Below, piece after piece: positions 58,356 through 64,000 of a DNA stretch of 64,000 nt. A model generated the notes under the pieces. It was not told where the DNA came from. It saw nothing but the letters and a program-made list of their open reading frames with translations, and did not search any database. How positions within the stretch are numbered: the first letter of the stretch is position 1; every line of letters starts with the position of its first letter. Origin of the DNA: Octopus sinensis (Eukaryota); assembly GCF_006345805.1 (NCBI RefSeq), contig NC_043000.1, positions 75,516,001 to 75,580,000 on the forward strand, written 5' to 3'. The position numbers were made by a program, and so were the translations under genes.

Positions 58356-61300
58356 TCAAACATAAATAGTCTTTGAAAGTTTCTTTGGCCAGTGAACAGT
58401 TCTGCCTGACCTTGTAACATAAGGTTTGTTCGAGGCAGGTTGCAACGACGAAGGTGGTGTTGCCAAAGTTGGTGTTGATAAAGGTGCATGTGTAAGTGGT
58501 GGTGTTGTCAAAGGTGCATGTGAAGATTCAAAGGTGGTTGTGGCAGTGGTGTCATCAAAAAATGGGGACACCTCAAAATATGCCCTTTTAAGATGATCTA
58601 CAGAGACGGTCTCCAAACGACCGTTAATGTCAAGTTCGAATATTTTCGGTGTGCTGGAAAGCACACAAAACGGTCCTTTATAAGGAGAAACAAGAGGTCC
58701 TTTGACAGAATCATCTCGAACAAAAACATGTGTCCAAGAGTCAAGATCTGATGGCACATTAGAAGGAGGATTTGGTGTCACGGACCCATAGGAGGAAGGG
58801 CAGAAAAATAACTGCGTAGTTGAGCCACATAAGACTCTAAATTAAGATACTGTGACTTGTCTGGCACCAACATCGTACCAGGCAATGCCAGTGTGGTACC
58901 ATACAAGAGTTCGGCAGAAGAAAAACCAAGGTCTGCTTTAACCGCAGTCCGACATCCAAGCAGGACGATAGGAAGAAATTCAGTCCACAACTGTGGATTT
59001 GACGAGGCATGCAACGCATCCTTAAGTTGCCTGTGGAAACGCTCCACCATCCCATTAGAAGCGGGAGGGTAACTAGTGGTGCGTATATGATGCACCCCCA
59101 GGATTCGTGATAACTCACGAAATAAAACAGCTTCGAATTGTTGACCACGATCTGTGGTTAAACTGGACAGTACACCGAACCTAGCAATCCAGCTAGACAT
59201 AAAGGCTTTCGCAACAGTTTCAGCAGAAATGTCTGCTATAGGAATGGCTTGCGGCCAACGTGAGAAACGATTGATACAAGTTAAAATATATGAGAAACCG
59301 CGACTCACAGGCCATAGTCCAACCAAATCAAGGTGGACATGGCGAAAACAGGCCTCAGGAGAAGAAAACTGTTTCAAGTGGAGCACGAACGTGTCTATGG
59401 ACTTTAGCCCTCTGGCACTTCAAACAAGAGCGTGCCCAAGAGGTAATCGATCGCCACATATTGGGCCAGAAGAACCGAGCAGTAACAAGCTTTACTGTGG
59501 CAGAGATGCCCGGATGAATGAAGGGCATCAAAAACAGAACGTTGATGGTTCTTAGGTACTAACGGCCTAGGAGAACTGGTGGAGATGTCACAAAGAATAG
59601 AGACTTCAGCTGAAGGGTGCGGAAGGTAGGCAAACTTACAATTGATAAACTTGGACGAAGTTAAATCCAACTCCGCTAAAGGTGGTTGATTTGCGAAATA
59701 GCAGTTAAGTCAATTGCTGCAGGAGAGGAAATGGAATTGACAGGGAGCCTAGAGAGAGCATCAGCTGGGACATTCTCCTCCCTGGCACATGTCGAATGTC
59801 ACTTGTAAACTGAGAAATATAGTCCAGGTGACGGAAAGCACGACGGGAGAGTTTGTCCGTTTTGGAAGATGGGTCAAACGTAAGGGGCTTGTGATCAGTA
59901 TAAATCACAAACTCCCATCCCTGGTGCTGAAAATGCCGAACCAACAGATAGATCGCTAGTAACTCCCGATCAAAAGTACTATATCTGTGTTCGGCAGGCT
60001 GCAGTTAGCAAGAAAAGAAAACCAAAGGTTTTGTTTCACCATCTACGGCGTGCAGCACCAACTGCAGAATCTGATGCATCCACAGATAAAGAAAGTGGAG
60101 CATCAGGAGCCGGATGTGCTAGAACAGGAACTGAAACTAGTTCCTTTTTTTACCAACTCAAAGGCAGACAATGCTTCAGCTGAAAGAGTGGGCGTTCTTT
60201 TTAGAATTGCCCGTTAGTAGCTGCGTTAAAGGAAGCAGCTTGTCCGCACACTGGTCTATGAAGCATCGATAGAAATTAACTATACCCAAAAAATGGCGAA
60301 GTTGACGTAAAGAAGAAGGAGGTGCGATGCGCTGAATTGCATCAGCTTTAGACGAGAGAGGTTTGATTCCACTCGAATCAATACAATGACCGAGAAAGTC
60401 AAGAGAAGATTGCCCGAAAACACACTTGTCTGGATTAAAGTGAACACCATAGTCGCGAAGACGTTGAAAAAGCTGAGACAAGTGCTGGAGATGATTTTCA
60501 TGTGTATCACTTGCGGTGAAGATATCATCGACATACGCGAAAACAAAATCAAGTCCACGAACAACTTCATCTATAAAACATTGGAACGTACTAGTAGCGT
60601 TCTGCAAACCAAAACTCATGTATAAAAATTCGAAACAACCAAAAGGAGTGGTAATTGCCGTTTTAGGAACATCAGCTGGGTTGACTGGTATTTATGATAA
60701 GCACGTATGAGGTCAACCTTAGAAAAAATTGTACAGCCATGAAGATTTGCCATTGGATATCTATCAGGAATCGTCACAGAATTTAGATGCCCATAATCTC
60801 CCACTGGGCGAAAATCTGTATCCCCTTTTTGGACTAAATGAAGAGGTGATGCCCATGGGCTGGTGGAGGAGTGTATCAGACCAAGCTGGAGCATATGCTC
60901 AAACTCAGCCCTAGCCGTTTTAAGACAGTCAGGTTCAAGATGCCGTAGGTGCAAAAAAACAGGTGGCCCAGTAGTTGTAATGAAATGGAGTGTTGAGTGT
61001 ACGGGTTTTGCCATTTTAAAAGTAATATCGGCTAGCTCTGGAAAAGAAGTCAAAAGAGAATGAAAAACATCTCCAGATGTAGCAACAAAAAATGTCGGGC
61101 TAATAGCTGAATTGGTAGATCCTCTAGTCGGCGTGGAGAGTGTAGTCGAACTGTCGACTTGCCTCTGATGCCTGACATCTACTAATAGATCAAAGTGATT
61201 TAGAAAATCCGCACCTAAAATAGGATGCGGAATGTCAGCAATGACAAAAACCCATTGAAAATCTCAACGAAGATTTATGTTGAGGCGTAACAAAACCTGC

Positions 61301-61518
61301 TCGAATGTGGCTATTGGTGACAAGTCAATAGCGTGCAAAGTAACATTAGAGCGTTTTGGCCTGTCGTTAGTAAGACGCAGAGGCCAAATACTACCACAAG
61401 AACCAGTGTCTACCATGAAGAATTTCTTCGACACTAGATCTTTTACAAAAAATGTACGATAACCAGAGAACGAAGAGGAGGAAGTTGACGTGTACAACTC
61501 CTCCAAAGCTAGTTTAAA
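58356..61518 (-). pseudogene. pol (protease, RT, RNase H, integrase), frameshifted
   Basis: MVDTGS; MSFGLQNATSTFQ...YVDDIF; YTDHKPL; HVHLDLVG...NGMVERFHRQLK; GPF integrase tail. Confidence 0.9.
61477..61518 (-). promoter_or_regulatory. -1 programmed ribosomal frameshift signal (slippery heptamer, spacer, stem-loop)
   Basis: T TTA AAC in the gag frame directly before TAG, then a 7-nt spacer, then the hairpin GGAGGAGTTG-tacacgt-CAACTTCCTCC. Confidence 0.8.
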
Positions 61519-62239
61519 TGTTTAAAGGTGCATGGCTGTATGCACTTGTGTGCTTTGTCTCCAAATTTGGAGTGGTACCAACACAGTCCGGACTTTGACT
61601 GTGAGGAACGAGATGCAGAACGACTACGAGTACGCGATCTTGAGAAACTCTTGCCATCACAACACATCACGTCCATCCTTTTGGTAAGAATGTAAATTTT
61701 TTTAGAAAGGCCATCAATTGAGTCTGCAGAAGATACCTCGGATCAGACGCAAGCAGCACGTGACAATGGCTGCATGGAGAATTCAACAATTTTATCAGCC
61801 ATGGTGGCTATTTGGTCCACAGTATTTGACTCAAGTGCTGTGGCAAAATTGTTTGTATATTGGAAGGTAATCTTGAAAAGAAAATCTTCCAAAGTAGAGG
61901 AGAGTCAGCGGATTTACCGCTTAACTCTCTCAAACGGCGCAAAAATTGTGACGGCGTTCTATCCCCCAACTCTTCGTCTGCCATTAACTCATTAAATGTA
62001 CTCTCCTCACTTCTGGTATTTCTACATAAAATCTCTGCCTTCACAGATGCATAAGTAGCGTCTGGACTAGGATCTGTAACGAGATCTCTAGCAGTAATTG
62101 CAAGTTGCAGAGGCATACAGCTATAAAGAAGTTGCAATTGTTGCTCAGAAGAAATACTATGAGCTGAAAAATGTGCCTCTAGTTACGCAAACCAAAGTGT
62201 TGCATCTCCAGTAAAAACAGGTAATGATGCAAAAGACAT
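61509..62239 (-). pseudogene. gag with a C-x2-H-x9-C-x3-C knuckle; premature stop and frameshift
   Basis: LGDRTPSQFLRRLREL; CWYHSKFGDKAHKCIQPC at 61530-61583. Confidence 0.85.
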
Positions 62240-62971
62240 TTTGTTTTTAATTTTACCAGATGATCCTGTCAAAGGAAGGGAAAAAATCGAATGAAAGTAG
62301 AAACTGATGAAAAAGGAAAAGAAACAAAAATAAATTGAAATTAAAAAAGAAGAAAACCAGCAATTGAACCAACAAATGTTTGTGTGTGTCCTAGCAGAGT
62401 TGAGTGTGTGAGTGCATGCGACAAGTGTTTGTGTCTATGTGTTCGTGTAAGTGTGTACAAAAGACCAAACAAGGTGTATGCGTGTAAGACAAAATACAGA
62501 GCATAGAAAAAATGTCTCAGCGTAGAGTTAAAGATGGAGTTAGTTTACCAGTTCTTGAGGTACACAATATTAAGAGTTCTATAACAAGATGTTGTGGGTC
62601 ACGTGGCAGAGCCGGTTACTACCCGTGTAGAAGTTGTGGCTATGATGCTGTGCTGAGTCTCTTGATATAGATAGGTAGACTGCAACTGTTTTCCTCTCAG
62701 TGAAAGATTCTCACTCTAACAGCGTGAGTAAAATTGGTCATGTTGGTGAGTACGGGCGACAATAAACTATGATGTCGGTGTTGATGGTGGCGTCAAAGAT
62801 GGCGATGGCAGAGAAAGGCGTCATCGAGATGAAGGCGACAGTAGTGGAACACGTCCTGAGTTGCTGGGGTATGTTGGCGTTGTCGTTGACTGGAGCAGGA
62901 ACATGGCTGGATCACTGGAACTGTGACAGGAACATAGCTGGGTCGCTGGAACTGGCCTAGTGTTCTTGTTT

Positions 62972-62983
62972 TCGGGGTTACCA
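62972..62983 (-). promoter_or_regulatory. Primer-binding site, tRNA-Trp-like
   Basis: TGGTAACCCCGA, 2 nt from the 5' LTR; one mismatch to the tRNA-Trp complement TGGTGACCCCGA. Confidence 0.75.
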
Positions 62984-62985
62984 CT

Positions 62986-63306
62986 TGTAGGATTTCTTCC
63001 TCTTTGTTTTAAAAAATGTATACATAAGGAAACAAGAAAGGCATCCGAACAATATATACAACTCTTTATTCGGGTATATTGTGAAATGTACATTTTGGTC
63101 AGTCAACAACCACACAGCAAATTTGGAGTTAATCAAAAACACGTCTACAGTGTTCAACGGCTGCGTCCCGAGTCTCTGCAAGGAATGCGACAGAACTTTT
63201 TCTGTCAGTCTTTTAGTGTGTGTGCATGAGGGAACCTTTGCAGGCCTTCTAGAAGATTCCAACCCCGCACGCGCACACTGAAAACTGTCAAGATGACTTC
63301 ACTACA
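62986..63306 (-). repeat. 5' LTR (321 bp)
   Basis: Direct repeat of 57797-58124, with about 17 substitutions and about 7 bp of indel by manual count. Confidence 0.95.
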
Positions 63307-63319
63307 TATATATATATAT

Positions 63320-64000
63320 GTGATGCCTTTTAACACTTCTGTCATTCTTTTTCTTCACCTCATCCACATCTGCAAATTTTGTAGCACCAGCTTTTGTCAC
63401 CAGTGATAACCTTTGGAAAAAGGTTTGAATCAATTCCAGCTGCTCTTTCAGTTCACAACATGCATTCAGTTGTGACTGCTTTTGATCTTCCATGAGCAAG
63501 CAAGGCACAAATTTTGCTGCAACTCTTTTCATTTGCAATTTCTTGCTCAGAATTTGTTGGTAGGAGCACCAGAACACACTAGTCATATCAACAAGTAGTA
63601 AATTGTTTGGTGATGTGTCCACTAGGATCAGTTCATGAATTTTCATTCATTCAGAAGGTTGATGGTCACCCTGATCAAGGTTGGTCCTCAAGCGACAATT
63701 CCTAAAGCATGAAAACTACTTCTAAACTTGTGTTTTGTCATGGCAGTGGCATTGTAAGCTCTTTGAAGCATGAGAACTGTTTCGGCAGCTGGTTTCCCCA
63801 GCAAAAAACAGAATTTCATGGAAGCACACTGTTCCTTTGTTTCAGCTATAGCAAAAATCGATGAACAGGGGAGAAGCACTGCAAAACAAAGACACACCAT
63901 GTGACAGTACAATCCCACACAATGACGCCAGTCAGCAGACTGTTCCCTGTAAGTCACATCAAGTGCTTTCTAGTGGCAGAAGCCTGAAATATGATCTTGT
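63320..64000 (-). mobile_element. Degenerate, internally deleted mariner transposon
   Basis: EQCASMKFCFLLGKPAAETVLML; MKRVAAKFVPCLL; FADVDEVKKK. Confidence 0.8.

Larger units (their letters stand above)
57797..63306 (-). mobile_element. Full-length Ty3/Gypsy LTR retrotransposon, CsRn1-like lineage, coding region decayed
   Basis: TG..CA LTRs at both ends, PBS, PPT, domain order gag-PR-RT-RH-IN, and a CHCC gag knuckle. Inserted in (TA)n with a tgta / tata TSD. Confidence 0.95.

Noticed and set aside
62769-63262. ORFs in the Gypsy leader and 5' LTR as an env or accessory gene
   Set aside because: Short, duplicated in the other LTR, and no signal-peptide or transmembrane pattern consistent with env.

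Overview
This is AT-rich, repeat-dense animal genomic DNA, probably from an octopus or other coleoid cephalopod. That assignment is an inference from the SINE/RTE repertoire and the giant C2H2 gene. There is one clear host gene: a 2,780-aa C2H2 zinc-finger ORF on the minus strand (29010-37352), uninterrupted over 8.3 kb. It has about 47 fingers by manual count, including nine copies of one three-finger module with conserved DNA-contact residues. The rest is mostly transposable elements: several RTE LINEs, a CR1/Jockey-type LINE, Penelope-like (PLE) remnants, Tigger, mariner/maT and hAT DNA transposons, non-autonomous Helitrons, tRNA-derived SINEs, and one full-length Gypsy element of the CsRn1 type. 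The most notable unannotated signals are: (i) six degenerate type-I hammerhead-ribozyme motifs, four of them as mirror-image pairs inside long fold-back palindromes; (ii) the nine-module multivalent zinc-finger architecture, with a uORF whose stop codon overlaps the main ATG; (iii) a complete -1 ribosomal frameshift cassette in the Gypsy element; and (iv) several tight hairpins, one of them pre-miRNA-like. All alignments and folds were done by eye. Coordinates of degenerate elements are approximate.
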